Counted from the first letter of the stretch, positions 40,128-50,958 are shown. The stretch is 64,000 nucleotides of DNA from Candidatus Bathyarchaeia archaeon (GCA_038882955.1 JAVZNC010000004.1:64001-128000), one strand, 5' to 3'. Translations and numbers: made by a program. The notes: generated from the letters alone by a model not told the origin.

Positions 40128-41510
40128 TTACTTGAGCAGCTTTTCTTCTGGCGGTGGCTTCTTTATCAACCCATGCTTCATCAGCAGCTGCACAGATTCT
40201 CTAGCATTCTGTATTATCGCAGCAGCCCTCTCGTAAAGTTCTTGCCTGCTCAGCTTAACTCTTGCCACACCTTCTTCTATGGACTTCAGCGCGCATGCAA
40301 CAGCTTCTCTTGGAAAAACTTCCCACTCCTCCATCCTTGGTAGAATGTCCTCCTCGTGCATTCCGCGTTCTTCTGCAAATTTTGCGAGCTCTTGAGCCGC
40401 GGCAATGCACATGTCATCTGTAACGGTTTTTGCCTTCACGTCTAAAACTCCACGGAAAATAGCTGGAAAGCCAAGGCTGTTGTTAACCTGATTTGGAAAG
40501 TCGCTTCTCCCAGTGGCTACTATGCGGGCTCCAGCCTCTTTTGCCTCCCAAGGCCATATTTCTGGAATCGGGTTTGCGCATGCAAAAATTATTGAGTCGT
40601 CAGCCATTGTTGAAACCCACTCCTTTTTGATTGTTCCTGGTCCCGGCTTTGACGCTGCCACTACGGCGTCTGCACCTTTGAAGGCTTCTGCTATGTCGCC
40701 TCTTCTGTTTTCGCCGTTAGTTATCTGCGAAAGTTCGTATTTCCATGGGTCATCCTCTTTTCTGATGTCCTCTCTTCCCGGGTAGATTATGCCTTTTGTG
40801 TCCACCATGATGATGTTGGCGGGTTTCATTCCCCATCTTATTAGGACGTAGGCTGTCCTTATGTTGGCTGCACCCGCTCCGATTAGGGTTATGAGGCTTT
40901 CTTTTGGTTTTTTGCCAACTATTTTAAAGGCGTTTATCAAGCCTGCAAGTATCACTGTTGCTGTGCCTTGCTGGTCGTCATGCCAAACTGGAATTTGTAG
41001 GCGTTTTCGTGCCTCTTCAAGCACGTAGAAGCATTTTGGTTTTTCAATGTCTTCTAGATTTATTCCGCCGAACGATGGTTCAATGAGCTCGCATGCACGG
41101 ATGATTTCTTCTGGATCTTTTGTTTTTAGGCATATTGGAAAGCCGTCCACACCGCCCAGGTACTTGAAGAGTAGGGCTTTTCCTTCCATTACTGGCATGG
41201 CTGCTTCTGGTCCGATGTCGCCTAAACCTAGAACGCGTGTGCCGTCTGAAACCACTGCCACATAATTCCACCTGTTTGTCAGTTCGAAGGACTTGTCTGG
41301 GTTCGCTTGGATTTCCTTGCATGGTGCGGCGACGCCTGGCGTGTACCATATTGCGAAGTCAGCGGGGCTTGTTATGGCGCATTTCGGCATAACTTGAACT
41401 TTTCCTTCGTAAAACTTGTGCATTGGTGGAGCCAGTTGCGAAGGTTTTTTTGCCTTTGCCAACAACTCCTCTACTGTGGGTTTTCTTTCCTCTTTCTTAA
41501 CTGGACACAT
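40128..41510 (-). CDS. maeB: NAD(P)-dependent malic enzyme
   Basis: YTPGVA, DGTRVLGLGDIG, PVMEGK, NLEDI, HDDQQGT, TGRSDFPNQVNN. Confidence 0.95.
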   Translation of the reverse strand: MCPVKKEERKPTVEELLAKAKKPSQLAPPMHKFYEGKVQVMPKCAITSPADFAIWYTPGVAAPCKEIQANPDKSFELTNRWNYVAVVSDGTRVLGLGDIGPEAAMPVMEGKALLFKYLGGVDGFPICLKTKDPEEIIRACELIEPSFGGINLEDIEKPKCFYVLEEARKRLQIPVWHDDQQGTATVILAGLINAFKIVGKKPKESLITLIGAGAANIRTAYVLIRWGMKPANIIMVDTKGIIYPGREDIRKEDDPWKYELSQITNGENRRGDIAEAFKGADAVVAASKPGPGTIKKEWVSTMADDSIIFACANPIPEIWPWEAKEAGARIVATGRSDFPNQVNNSLGFPAIFRGVLDVKAKTVTDDMCIAAAQELAKFAEERGMHEEDILPRMEEWEVFPREAVACALKSIEEGVARVKLSRQELYERAAAIIQNARESVQLLMKHGLIKKPPPEEKLLK

Positions 41511-41711
41511 TATGATCTTCTCCTTTGTGAGACGTTGTGTCCTTTCTATATATTAGAGCTTTAAGGATTGCGGTTAGCTTTTCTTCGCCTCTTCCATAAT
41601 TTATGTGAAAAGAAAATTCTGATTTTGGAATATTAAAACGTAAAAAGGCGCAGCTGAAAGAAAGAAGATAAAATAATAAAATGACGGAAAATGTGGCAAC
41701 GTGTGTGTTGC

Positions 41712-42197
41712 CTAGTACCTTCTGCGGAACCCGCCTCTTCTCTCGTTTCTGCCGAAGTCTCTTCTTCCGCGTCCTCTGAATGGGCGTCTCTGCTGTTCGT
41801 AAACCTTGTTTGACATGTTGTTTTCAGTGTTGACTTCAACGGCTAATGCTTCTTTTGCAACTTCCAATGTGCCGAACCTTCCAACGTTTAGGCGCATGTT
41901 ACCCTTAAAAAGCGTCACGTAGCCATTGCCTATATTTACCGTGTCGCCTTCATGCACTTTTTCAATGTTGTCGTCCCAAAGCGTCAAGTAAACGCATCCT
42001 GTTTCGTCGCCTATCAGTGCGTCGCAGACACGGTGTGGTGCTCCATCCCTTCCAGCGGCTATGTTGCGTATGTCACTTTTTGAAACAACTTTTGCTTTTA
42101 CGTTAACTGCCCTTGAGGCGGGACTTAACTCGGCTATTTTCACGTCTACTGGTTGTCTACTTCCTGAAAAACTTTCAATAGCCAAACCTTTCAACAC
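41712..42197 (-). CDS. ssb: Single OB-fold SSB with Arg/Gly-rich tail
   Basis: GDETG.V.LTLWD, NGYV..F.G..RLN.G; RG-rich C-terminus. Confidence 0.88.
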   Translation of the reverse strand: MLKGLAIESFSGSRQPVDVKIAELSPASRAVNVKAKVVSKSDIRNIAAGRDGAPHRVCDALIGDETGCVYLTLWDDNIEKVHEGDTVNIGNGYVTLFKGNMRLNVGRFGTLEVAKEALAVEVNTENNMSNKVYEQQRRPFRGRGRRDFGRNERRGGFRRRY

Positions 42198-42270
42198 CTA
42201 CATAGTATAACAGACAAAAAATAACGGGCTTAAACACTTAAGGCTTTTGGTCAAGGTTTTGAAATATCGT

Positions 42271-43395
42271 CTATATTAGGAATTTGCCGTTTTTGTAGAA
42301 GAGTTTGCCATCCGCGTAGATTTCGCCATTCCTCTTCATATCCTTGAGAATATCCCAATGAATAGCCGAGACATTTACGCCGCCTGACTCTGGGATTGAC
42401 ATTCCAAGAGCCAAATGCATTGTTCCGCCCATTTTCTCGTCGAAGAGCATGTTCTTCGTAAACCGTGTTATGGCGTAGTTTGTTCCAATTGCGATTTCGC
42501 CTATACTGTCTGCGCCTTCAACCTTTAGAATCTCCTTTAAGAATTCTTCGCCTTTAGAAGCTGAAGCCTTGACTACTCTGCCATTCTCAAATGTGAGTCT
42601 CACATCTTCGATTTCTCTGCCTCCGTATATTCCTGGAAAAGTAAACCTTATTGTGCCGTTCGCGGAATTTTCAACAGGTCCCGTGAAGACTTCTCCGTCT
42701 GGCATGTTCTTTTCTCCGCTGCAGTTTATCCATTTCCTGCCCCTAACGCTCATTTTTAGGTCTGTGTCTTCTCCGACGAAGCGAATTTCCTTTGCCTTGT
42801 TCAAGAAATTGCAGATTCTTTCTTGTTCTTCGTGTATGCGTTTCCATTCTGCAACTGGGTCTTCCTTGTCTACTAGGCAGCTGTTATAGACAAAGTCTTC
42901 ATATTCCGGCAAAGCCATTGCTGCCTCTTGCGCTTGAGCTGGGATTGGGTATGGTAGGAGTGTCCAGCGGAGTTTTCCTTCAGCCTCCCTTCTTATTCGT
43001 ATTTCCGCTAGTTCTTTTCTTGAGGCTGCGCGTATTCGCATTCTTGCAGGGTCTATGCTTGTAAGCCTCTTTGGGTTTGGTTCGCAGAAAATGCCTATTT
43101 GCACATCAATGTTTTCGATTAGGAATTTTTCAAAAGGCGAGATGTATGTTAGCTGGTGCTCTTTCGCGTATTTGTAGAATGTATAGTCTGTTTCCAACTG
43201 TGGCATAACCATGGGGTAGGCGTCGCTTAACAAGCACTCCTTGTACAACTCGTTTATCAGAGGCGCGGCTTCCACGCTTCCCATTATTAGCACTTTTTCT
43301 TTTGGATTAACCGCAACGCTGTATTGGACACAAAGCTTTGCAAGTTTCGCTATTCTGTGGTCAACCATAAACTTCACCAGTCGAGGAAACATCAC
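42271..43395 (-). CDS. M29 family aminopeptidase
   Basis: NMPDGEVFTGP, GEIAIG, LFDEKMGGTMHLALG, SAIHWD. Confidence 0.93.
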   Translation of the reverse strand: MMFPRLVKFMVDHRIAKLAKLCVQYSVAVNPKEKVLIMGSVEAAPLINELYKECLLSDAYPMVMPQLETDYTFYKYAKEHQLTYISPFEKFLIENIDVQIGIFCEPNPKRLTSIDPARMRIRAASRKELAEIRIRREAEGKLRWTLLPYPIPAQAQEAAMALPEYEDFVYNSCLVDKEDPVAEWKRIHEEQERICNFLNKAKEIRFVGEDTDLKMSVRGRKWINCSGEKNMPDGEVFTGPVENSANGTIRFTFPGIYGGREIEDVRLTFENGRVVKASASKGEEFLKEILKVEGADSIGEIAIGTNYAITRFTKNMLFDEKMGGTMHLALGMSIPESGGVNVSAIHWDILKDMKRNGEIYADGKLFYKNGKFLI

Positions 43396-43419
43396 AGAGA
43401 TAAAGTTAAACTTAAAAAT

Positions 43420-44304
43420 CTATTGGTTATCATCTGAAAGCTTGGGTCTCGGTCCTTTTCCCTCAACGTTGTAGGGCAACTTGCTTGCCTTGAAGACGAC
43501 GAGTTTTTCTCCAAATTCTGATAGATATACCAGAACTAGTCTTTTTCCCTTGTCTGTTAGGGCGTAGACTGGTATGGTTACGCCGAGTTGCATAAGCGCT
43601 TTTGGGGCAATTTTTTCTCGAAGTATCCTCGAAGCGCTTGCACATGCAATGTCCGCCTTGGCTATGTGTGGCACGGCTGAATCATTCACACAAGTGTTGC
43701 ATACGGAAAACACGAGAACATTCGCCTTTGCCTTTTCCTCGAAACGCCTTATCTTGCTTATCGCTTCAGCTTGAAAGCCAGCAATGGTTACTGCAATTCG
43801 CCTAAAACCCATATTAAATGCTTGCTTCACCCCTTCAACTTGGTCTATTCGTGCACTCTTTTTGTCTAAAACTTTGCCGCCCTCTGCCTCAATGTGCGCA
43901 ATCGTTGATTTTATCGGCGAAGTGCACACTATTCCCGTTAACCTCGCGCCAATTGCCTGTACAAGCCTTCCGTTTGACGTTATAACTGTCCCAGCTCCTT
44001 CGCAGACAACAACTGCACAGTCCATGAGCTCCTTTTCAAGCCATACCTGCATCATTTCAGAAGCTCCATAAGCCACGACTGGCTCAGCGTTTAATAGCCT
44101 ATTTTCACAGCAGAAACCATAGCCATTAATCTTCTTTTCTATGGTTTTGCGCACTGCTTCTGCGTCAATTTTCTTTGTTCCATAAAGCGCTTCGTGCAAA
44201 GGGCAGTATTCAACTGTTGGCTGCGTCAGCAGTTTTACGCCTTTCTCGGAAATTTGCACTCTTGCCCCGCAACAATAAATTTCGTGTTCACCCTTGACCT
44301 TCAT
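43420..44304 (-). CDS. DUF2099 / methanogenesis marker 8 family protein
   Basis: YCPL, GASE, AVVVCEGAGTV, LVQ.IG.R.TG, ARIDQ..G, CAS. Confidence 0.85.
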   Translation of the reverse strand: MKVKGEHEIYCCGARVQISEKGVKLLTQPTVEYCPLHEALYGTKKIDAEAVRKTIEKKINGYGFCCENRLLNAEPVVAYGASEMMQVWLEKELMDCAVVVCEGAGTVITSNGRLVQAIGARLTGIVCTSPIKSTIAHIEAEGGKVLDKKSARIDQVEGVKQAFNMGFRRIAVTIAGFQAEAISKIRRFEEKAKANVLVFSVCNTCVNDSAVPHIAKADIACASASRILREKIAPKALMQLGVTIPVYALTDKGKRLVLVYLSEFGEKLVVFKASKLPYNVEGKGPRPKLSDDNQ

Positions 44305-44348
44305 AGCAGACTCTCAAGCAAATTTTGGCTCTAAATACACGTGTCGCA

Positions 44349-44639
44349 TTACGGTTCTTTGTTAACCATTTCGTTTATCTGCTGCTCCATCATGTGCCCG
44401 CGGCAATAAACCAACGCCTTTTTTACGCCTGCAACGCTCTTCGCGGCGTTTTTCACGTCTGCGGCAAGTTTGAAGGCGATTGGGCAGAATGGACTTGAAG
44501 GTATAAAATCAACTTTAACTACGCCAGGCTCTTCTTCCTTGACGTTTGTTATCATGTGCATCTCCGCGAAGCTCAACCCCGTTTCTGGGTCAGTTAGTTT
44601 GCCGACAGCCTCTCGCACCTTGTCCTCTAATTCAGTCAA
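44349..44639 (-). CDS. DUF59/SufT-like Fe-S assembly protein
   Basis: DPETG, SPFCP. Confidence 0.85.
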   Translation of the reverse strand: MTELEDKVREAVGKLTDPETGLSFAEMHMITNVKEEEPGVVKVDFIPSSPFCPIAFKLAADVKNAAKSVAGVKKALVYCRGHMMEQQINEMVNKEP

Positions 44640-44704
44640 ACCCTTTCACATCCACTTTTGAGTGTATAAGGCGTTGAGTGGCAATATAAAATGTTTCTGC
44701 GTAA

Positions 44705-46243
44705 TCAGCCTTTTTGTTCCATTCTTTTTTGGTACATGCGCCAGCTCAGAGCCATTGTTCTTGGATGTGAAGCTTTCACCTCGTCTAGGCGTGGAACCGC
44801 AGTGTTTTGCGGCGCTTTTAACACGGTTTCTGGGTTGGTATATGCCTCTTCGCTTATTTTACGCATGGCTTCGGCGAAGCGGTCAAGCTCCTCTTTCTCG
44901 AAGGTTTCCGTTGGCTCAATCATTAGGGCTTCTTCAACTATTAGTGGAAAATAGATTGTTGGCGCGTGAACTCCATAATCCAAGAGGCGCTTTGCAATGT
45001 TTAGGGCTGAAACTCCAGTTTCGCTTTTCATCTGCTTGGCGCTGAAAACACATTCGTGCTTTCTTGGCTTTTCGTTATTGTAGGGAAGCGTTAAGCTCCT
45101 AATCTCCTTGAGTTTCTTCATTAAGTAGTTTGCATTCAAAACAGAGACTTCGGCGACTTCTCTTAATCCCTCAAAGCCCAAACTTAAAATGTAAGCGTAA
45201 GCCTTCAACAAAACCGCCACATTCCCATAAAAGCTCCTAATTTTCCCAACACTATTGGGTCTATCATAGTCTAGGCGATACCACGCGCCATCAAAAACTA
45301 TCCTTGGAACTGGCAGAAACTCCGCAAGCTCCTTTGAGACGCCTACTGGTCCAGCGCCTGGTCCCCCGCCACCGTGCGGCGTACCGAATGTTTTGTGTAT
45401 GTTTATGTGCACTATGTCAAAGCCCATGTCGCCTGGTCTAACCTTGCAGAGCATTGGATTTAGGTTTGCCCCATCATAGTATAGGAGTCCGCCAGCATCG
45501 TGAATTATCCGGGCTATTTCATCAATGTTCTTTTCAAATATTCCCAAAGTGTTTGGGTTTGTAAGCATTAAGCCCGCTGTGTGTTCTGAAACTGCAGCTT
45601 TTAAGGCGCCTAGGCTCACGCAACCATCATCATCTGAAGGCACTACGACGACGTTGAATCCAGCCATGGCTGCGCTTGCGGGATTTGTGCCATGAGCCGA
45701 ATCTGGTACAATTATTTCTCTTCTTTTTTCGTGTTCGCCCTTCATTTTGTGGTAAGCTCTAATCAGCAAAGTGCCCAAAAACTCGCCGTGTGCGCCAGCA
45801 GCTGGGTGCAAGCAAACCTCGTATGTGCCTGTTATTTCTGCGAGCCAACGTTCAAGCTTGTAGAGTATTTCCAATATTCCCTGTATTGTGCGTTCTTCTT
45901 GGTATGGATGTAGCATGTTAAGTTTTGGCAAGTTTGCAAGTTGTTCGGCTATTTTTGGGTTGTACTTCATTGTGCAGCTTCCAAGCGGGTAAAGTCCACA
46001 GTCAACCCCATAATTCATTTGCGACAAGCGTATGAAGTGGCGGGCAACTTCAACCTCTGAAAGTTCTGGAAGTTTTGGCGCATTTGTGCGTCTCATTTTC
46101 TGTGGTATAAGTTCATTCAAATCACCGACCGCGTTTTTGGCGTGTTTTTCCACTGTTGGTAAGACGTGCCCCCTTCTTCCGCTTCTTCCAAGACTGAATA
46201 TTACTGGCTCGTTCCAAGATGCTTGCTTGAACATGGCTTTCAC
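44705..46243 (-). CDS. gcvPB: Glycine dehydrogenase subunit 2
   Basis: PLGSCTMKYNP, SAHGTNPASA, HKTFGTPHGGGGPG, IEPTET. Confidence 0.97.
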   Translation of the reverse strand: MKAMFKQASWNEPVIFSLGRSGRRGHVLPTVEKHAKNAVGDLNELIPQKMRRTNAPKLPELSEVEVARHFIRLSQMNYGVDCGLYPLGSCTMKYNPKIAEQLANLPKLNMLHPYQEERTIQGILEILYKLERWLAEITGTYEVCLHPAAGAHGEFLGTLLIRAYHKMKGEHEKRREIIVPDSAHGTNPASAAMAGFNVVVVPSDDDGCVSLGALKAAVSEHTAGLMLTNPNTLGIFEKNIDEIARIIHDAGGLLYYDGANLNPMLCKVRPGDMGFDIVHINIHKTFGTPHGGGGPGAGPVGVSKELAEFLPVPRIVFDGAWYRLDYDRPNSVGKIRSFYGNVAVLLKAYAYILSLGFEGLREVAEVSVLNANYLMKKLKEIRSLTLPYNNEKPRKHECVFSAKQMKSETGVSALNIAKRLLDYGVHAPTIYFPLIVEEALMIEPTETFEKEELDRFAEAMRKISEEAYTNPETVLKAPQNTAVPRLDEVKASHPRTMALSWRMYQKRMEQKG

Positions 46244-47637
46244 CTATTCCTTAAAATCTGGTTTATGTTGTCTGCCAAACGCTCGATTTCCTCGGCGGAG
46301 TGAACCTCTGTTACGCAGTAAAGTGCAGTTTCGCCAAGCTCTGGAAACTCCTTTGAAATGTCCTTTCCGCCGTGAATTCCACGTTGCAAAAGCTTCTTAT
46401 GCACCTCTTTAACGGTTAATCCAGCCCCGTCAAAGTTAACCGTGAACTCTTTAAAATGAGTTGACTTGAAGATTGGCGCTTTTACACCATCTATGCTTGA
46501 AAGTAAGCTTATGGCATAATTAGCCTTATACATCACTGTTTCGCCGAGTTCCCTAAAGCCTTGTGGTCCAAGCAGAGCCATGTAAACTGCAGAGGCAACT
46601 GCGCACAGAGCCTCGTTTGAACATATGTTGGATGTCGCTTTTTCGCGTCTAATATGTTGTTCGCGTGTCTGCAGTGCCATGCAAAAGCCTTGCCTAGCAC
46701 CGTCAACGGTTGTTGTTAAGCCAATTATGCGCCCTGGCATCTGCCTAATGAGACTGTTGTCATCACGGCAAGCAAATATCCCCAACAATGGACCGCCAAA
46801 GTTCATCGGGTTTCCGAGAGGTTGCGCTTCGCCAATAACGATGTCTGCGCCGTATTCGCCTGGAGGTCGTATTATTCCAAGTGATGTTGGGTCCACGCCG
46901 ACTATGAATAGGGCGCCGTGCTTGTGCGCTTCTTCCTCTATTTCTTCAACTTGTGTTTCGATAAAACCTAAATATGACGGGTTTTCTATGTAAACGGCTG
47001 CTGTCTGCTCAGAAATCTTGCCTTCTAAATCTTCCAAGTCTAGTTCGCCAGTTTCCCTTTCATAAGGAACTTTTTCAACTTTTATTCCAGCTGGTTCAGC
47101 GTAGGCTTGCAGTGTTGCCAACCTTTCTGGATGAATAATTCTTGGGACAAGAATTTCTCTGCGACCAGTTACTCGTGCCGCCATTCTCGCGGCTTCGCCT
47201 AAGGCTGAAGCCCAATCGTACATTGAGCAGTTGGCAACGTCCATGGCGGTTAACTCGCAAATCATGCTTTGATACTCAAAAAGGGCTTGAAGCATTCCTT
47301 GCGAGATTTCAGGCTGGTATGGCGTGTACGCAGTTAGGAACTCGCTGCGTTGTACAATCTCTTTCACAAGGGCTGGTACATAGTGTGGCCAGCATCCAGC
47401 ACCAAGAAACATGGGCATTTCATTGTATGTTTTGTTTTTTGCGAGTAGGGCTTCAATGTGCCTTTTAACTTCAAGTTCTGACATTGCCTTGGGGAGGTTT
47501 AGCGGCTTTTTTAGGCGATATTTTTCTTGCATGTCCGCGTAAAGCTCGTCTATACTTTCGATGCCAATTTCGCGCATCATTTCTTCTTTTATTTTCTGCT
47601 GAGAATTTGGAATGTAGGGATGACCTTGCCTACTCAA
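46240..47637 (-). CDS. gcvPA: Glycine dehydrogenase subunit 1
   Basis: YTPYQPEISQG, TREQHIRREKATSNICSN. Confidence 0.97.
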   Translation of the reverse strand: MSRQGHPYIPNSQQKIKEEMMREIGIESIDELYADMQEKYRLKKPLNLPKAMSELEVKRHIEALLAKNKTYNEMPMFLGAGCWPHYVPALVKEIVQRSEFLTAYTPYQPEISQGMLQALFEYQSMICELTAMDVANCSMYDWASALGEAARMAARVTGRREILVPRIIHPERLATLQAYAEPAGIKVEKVPYERETGELDLEDLEGKISEQTAAVYIENPSYLGFIETQVEEIEEEAHKHGALFIVGVDPTSLGIIRPPGEYGADIVIGEAQPLGNPMNFGGPLLGIFACRDDNSLIRQMPGRIIGLTTTVDGARQGFCMALQTREQHIRREKATSNICSNEALCAVASAVYMALLGPQGFRELGETVMYKANYAISLLSSIDGVKAPIFKSTHFKEFTVNFDGAGLTVKEVHKKLLQRGIHGGKDISKEFPELGETALYCVTEVHSAEEIERLADNINQILRNR

Positions 47638-47723
47638 GGGTTTTTCACCGCTTAGATTTAAACACTCTAACTGCTTTGCTCTTTAAACTTTTCAGCTCTT
47701 TGAGAGAATTTCAAATGGCAGTT

Positions 47724-48236
47724 TTAGTATTGTATTCCTTTTGTTGTTACCATTTCTTTTGGCATTTTTATGTCAACTATCTCGTTTACAAACTCCGCTC
47801 TATCAATCAACTCTTTCGGCGCGTACCTTCCAGTCAAAACAACATCCGTCTTTTTTGGAATTTTGTCCAGAAAATCCAAAACTTCTTTTACGTCCAAGAG
47901 TTTGCAGTGCAGCGCCAAATTTATCTCGTCTAAAACCAGTAGGTGCGGCTTTTTCTCCTTAACGATTTTTTCGGCGAATTTTAGGGCTTTTCGAGCCAAC
48001 TTTTTGTCTCTTTCGTCAAGATTGCCTAGTCCATGCCATCCTTTGCGTCCAAACTGGTAAATTTCATAGTACGGCGTAAGCCTATTCCTTATCTTGTATT
48101 CTCCAGTGTTTTTCCACCATTTTAGAAACTGTATTATTACGACTTTACGCTTGTGCCCTACGGAGCGGAGAGCTAATCCAAGCGCGTTTGTTGTTTTTCC
48201 CGCGCCGGTTCCAGTATAAAGGTATGTGTAACCCAT
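47724..48236 (-). CDS. cobO: Cob(I)yrinic acid a,c-diamide adenosyltransferase (CobA/CobO/BtuR)
   Basis: YTG.GAGKTT.ALG.ALR, QFLK, LDEI, LTGR, GIQY. Confidence 0.92.
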   Translation of the reverse strand: MGYTYLYTGTGAGKTTNALGLALRSVGHKRKVVIIQFLKWWKNTGEYKIRNRLTPYYEIYQFGRKGWHGLGNLDERDKKLARKALKFAEKIVKEKKPHLLVLDEINLALHCKLLDVKEVLDFLDKIPKKTDVVLTGRYAPKELIDRAEFVNEIVDIKMPKEMVTTKGIQY

Positions 48237-48326
48237 TAAATCATCTTCTGCAATATTCCATTGTGATTACTTGTATTATAAGTTTTAAATAGTATGTTGT
48301 GCCATGTTCTTTTTGGAGAAAACACG

Positions 48327-48737
48327 ATGAAATATGACTATGAAGAGTTGCTAAAGAGGGCGCGTTCACAGATTCCAGAAGTAGCACTAAAGCGTGAACG
48401 TTTAGAGCTTCCTCCGCTTCGCCACTCAGTAGTTGGAATGCGGACAACAATTCACAATTTCAAGGAGGTTGCTGACGCTTTAAACCGTGACCCGCAGCAT
48501 CTTTTGAAGTTTTTGACGCGGGAGATGGCTACTGCGGGCATGTTTCAGGAGTCAAGAGCGATTTTTAAGGGGAACTTTTCACGCGAAACCTTTGAAAGGT
48601 TGATACAGCGTTACATGGAAATCTTCGTTATCTGTCCAGTTTGTAAGCGTCCAGATACGAAGATTGTGAAGGAAAAACGCCTATCCTTCCTCGTATGCGA
48701 GGCTTGTGGGGCAAAGTCCTCTGTGCAACAACTTTAG
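48327..48737 (+). CDS. eif2b: Translation initiation factor aIF-2 beta
   Basis: YEELLKRA, NF..VA..LNR, CPVCKRPDT, CEACGA. Confidence 0.95.
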   Translation: MKYDYEELLKRARSQIPEVALKRERLELPPLRHSVVGMRTTIHNFKEVADALNRDPQHLLKFLTREMATAGMFQESRAIFKGNFSRETFERLIQRYMEIFVICPVCKRPDTKIVKEKRLSFLVCEACGAKSSVQQL

Positions 48738-48742
48738 CATGG

Positions 48743-49048
48743 TTGTCTAAATTGGAAGTTTACATAAACCTTAGGAAAATCGGGAACAATATGCTTCTGG
48801 CTATATGCGACGCTGAAATCCTCGGAAAAACGTTGCGCGAGGGAAAAATTGTCTTTAATGTTAAGGAGGAGTTCTACAAGGGCACAAAGGTTAGCGCTGA
48901 TGAGGCTGTTGAGATGATAGCCAACTGCACAATAGTGAACATGGTTGGCAAAAACATAGTCCAGAAAGCCATAGAAAAGGGCTACGTGCACCCAGAAGCA
49001 GTGTTAAACATCGAAGGCGTTCCACACGCGCAAATCGTGAAAATCTGA
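48743..49048 (+). CDS. DUF424 family protein
   Basis: A.CD.E.LGK, EFY.G, N.VG, GVPHAQ. Confidence 0.88.
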   Translation: MSKLEVYINLRKIGNNMLLAICDAEILGKTLREGKIVFNVKEEFYKGTKVSADEAVEMIANCTIVNMVGKNIVQKAIEKGYVHPEAVLNIEGVPHAQIVKI

Positions 49049-49058
49049 GGTTTGCATA

Positions 49059-50516
49059 TCAAAATAAAGAAAAGTGAGTATTGGTGTTTTTAATGCACTT
49101 TTTTGCAATGACTATCAATGTTGTGAAGATCATTAATAGTAGTATTAAGGCGGTTTGGAATTCTGGGACTATTATTACTTCTTTTGTCGAGTGTAAGTAT
49201 TGGAAGTAGATGTATGTCGTAGTGCCTGATGTCCAGTTTCTCATGTAGAGGGGCGCTTGATCGTTTACCAGAACAGTATACCCGCTTGGCCATAAGCCGC
49301 CGACTATAACGTTTGGGATGTCCACTCTACAGAATCCTATTCCCGCGTCTCCGCTCACGTTGAAACTTATCGTCCTTTGTGTAGTGTTCATTTGGAATGT
49401 AGATATTGAAGAATTACTTATGACTAGGATTTCGTGCTTAGTGGGGGGATATGGGCCAAATAGCACTTCGAAGCGGTTGCAAGGCCCCATAAGTGGATAT
49501 TTGTCTACGTCATCGCCTTCCACAATGTATGGCGTATCACATATTCCATCGCTTCCAGGCTGATTTTGATATTCCCCGTTAAATATGTCAGTGAGGGAAT
49601 GACTGCTCCAAAAATTGCCGCCCATCGGCCAGTCTAGATTCCATTTATTGTTGGTAGCAGACATGTGAACATATGCTTGATTAGTGTTATTGATAAAGTT
49701 ATTATGGTGAATGGTGTTATTCGAGAACTCTATATGAATGCCCCAGTCGCAGTTGCTTACCCAATTATTGCAAATAGTGTTGTTTGGAGAGATAATCCGT
49801 ATACCTTCCGTCGTTGAGATGCCAGTTATATTGTTGTTGGATATCAGATTATTGATTCCGTAGTAGCTGTCTCCAAGAAGGCTAATCTGAACGCCGACCC
49901 ACCACGCGTGTATATTATTAGTCAATATGTTATTGTTTGAAGAATTGGTTATTGAGACGCCATAATAGACATTAGTTATGTTGTTGCCAGTTATGTAAAT
50001 GTTTGATGAACCTTTCTCTGTACCATCAACTAAAATGCCATAATGTACATTTTCTATCCGATTATTTTCCAAGTAACAAAAAGTCCTGCCATCTAAAAAG
50101 ATCCCATAACCCTCTGGAGCGTTTCGTATTATGAAATTTCTAATAGAAACCCCGTTTACTGTAATATTAACAATTCCCTGCTGGACAATCCCTTCTCCGT
50201 CAATAATAGCCTCGCCCTCCCCGACAAGAGACACGGTTTTGTTCACCACAATGCGTGCGTAAGGACCACCGACAACATGAATAACGTCGCCAGAGTTTGC
50301 CGCGTTAATAGCCGCTTGTATTGTCGGATAATTATAAGGAACCCAGATGTCGGCAGGATTAGCTTTAACCACACTGATGTTAGGTGTAAAGCTGAACTTG
50401 AATGTAGATGTCAAGGCACACAATAGAAGCCCCAATAAAAGCCCAATCAATACAAGCCTTTTCAATTGTTCACAACCTAATCTTAATTTCAAAATATTTT
50501 CAGCAATTTTTAACAT
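49059..50516 (-). CDS. Secreted NosD/right-handed beta-helix protein with PEF-CTERM anchor
   Basis: VP.NYPTIQAAINAA, Asn-rich parallel beta-helix repeats, GNFWS, DGICD.PY, VPEF-TM-KK. Confidence 0.88.
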   Translation of the reverse strand: MLKIAENILKLRLGCEQLKRLVLIGLLLGLLLCALTSTFKFSFTPNISVVKANPADIWVPYNYPTIQAAINAANSGDVIHVVGGPYARIVVNKTVSLVGEGEAIIDGEGIVQQGIVNITVNGVSIRNFIIRNAPEGYGIFLDGRTFCYLENNRIENVHYGILVDGTEKGSSNIYITGNNITNVYYGVSITNSSNNNILTNNIHAWWVGVQISLLGDSYYGINNLISNNNITGISTTEGIRIISPNNTICNNWVSNCDWGIHIEFSNNTIHHNNFINNTNQAYVHMSATNNKWNLDWPMGGNFWSSHSLTDIFNGEYQNQPGSDGICDTPYIVEGDDVDKYPLMGPCNRFEVLFGPYPPTKHEILVISNSSISTFQMNTTQRTISFNVSGDAGIGFCRVDIPNVIVGGLWPSGYTVLVNDQAPLYMRNWTSGTTTYIYFQYLHSTKEVIIVPEFQTALILLLMIFTTLIVIAKKCIKNTNTHFSLF

Positions 50517-50649
50517 TTGCGGTAATTTGCACCAAGAATGTTAAAAGGCAATTTTATGTAAAAGTACCCTTTTTGTGGTGAGTATGCTTTTAAGGGAGTT
50601 AGACATACCATTAAAGAAGGTTAAGCCGATAAACGTTTGAGGTGGCTGA

Positions 50650-50958
50650 TTGGGTAAAAAGAAGGTGTTAAGTGAAGAAGAATTAAGCGAGATGGTTTAC
50701 CCGTCTCCAAACGATGTTTTAGGCATAGCCGTTAAACTCTTGGGTTTTGACCGTGTCTTGGTTAAATGTCAAGACGGTCATGAACGCTTATGCCGTATTA
50801 GGGGTAAAATGAAGAGGCGAGTTTGGATACGCGTCGGCGATGTTGTTCTCGTTTCTCCGTGGGACTTCCAGTCCGACACGCGTGGCGATTTGATTTGGCG
50901 TTACACAAAAGCCCAGGCGGATTTGCTCCGCAAAAAGGGTCTTTTGACAATTTCTTGA
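50650..50958 (+). CDS. eif1a: Translation initiation factor aIF-1A
   Basis: C.DG.ERLCRIRGKMKRRVWIR.GD.V.V.PWDFQ. Confidence 0.96.
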   Translation: MGKKKVLSEEELSEMVYPSPNDVLGIAVKLLGFDRVLVKCQDGHERLCRIRGKMKRRVWIRVGDVVLVSPWDFQSDTRGDLIWRYTKAQADLLRKKGLLTIS

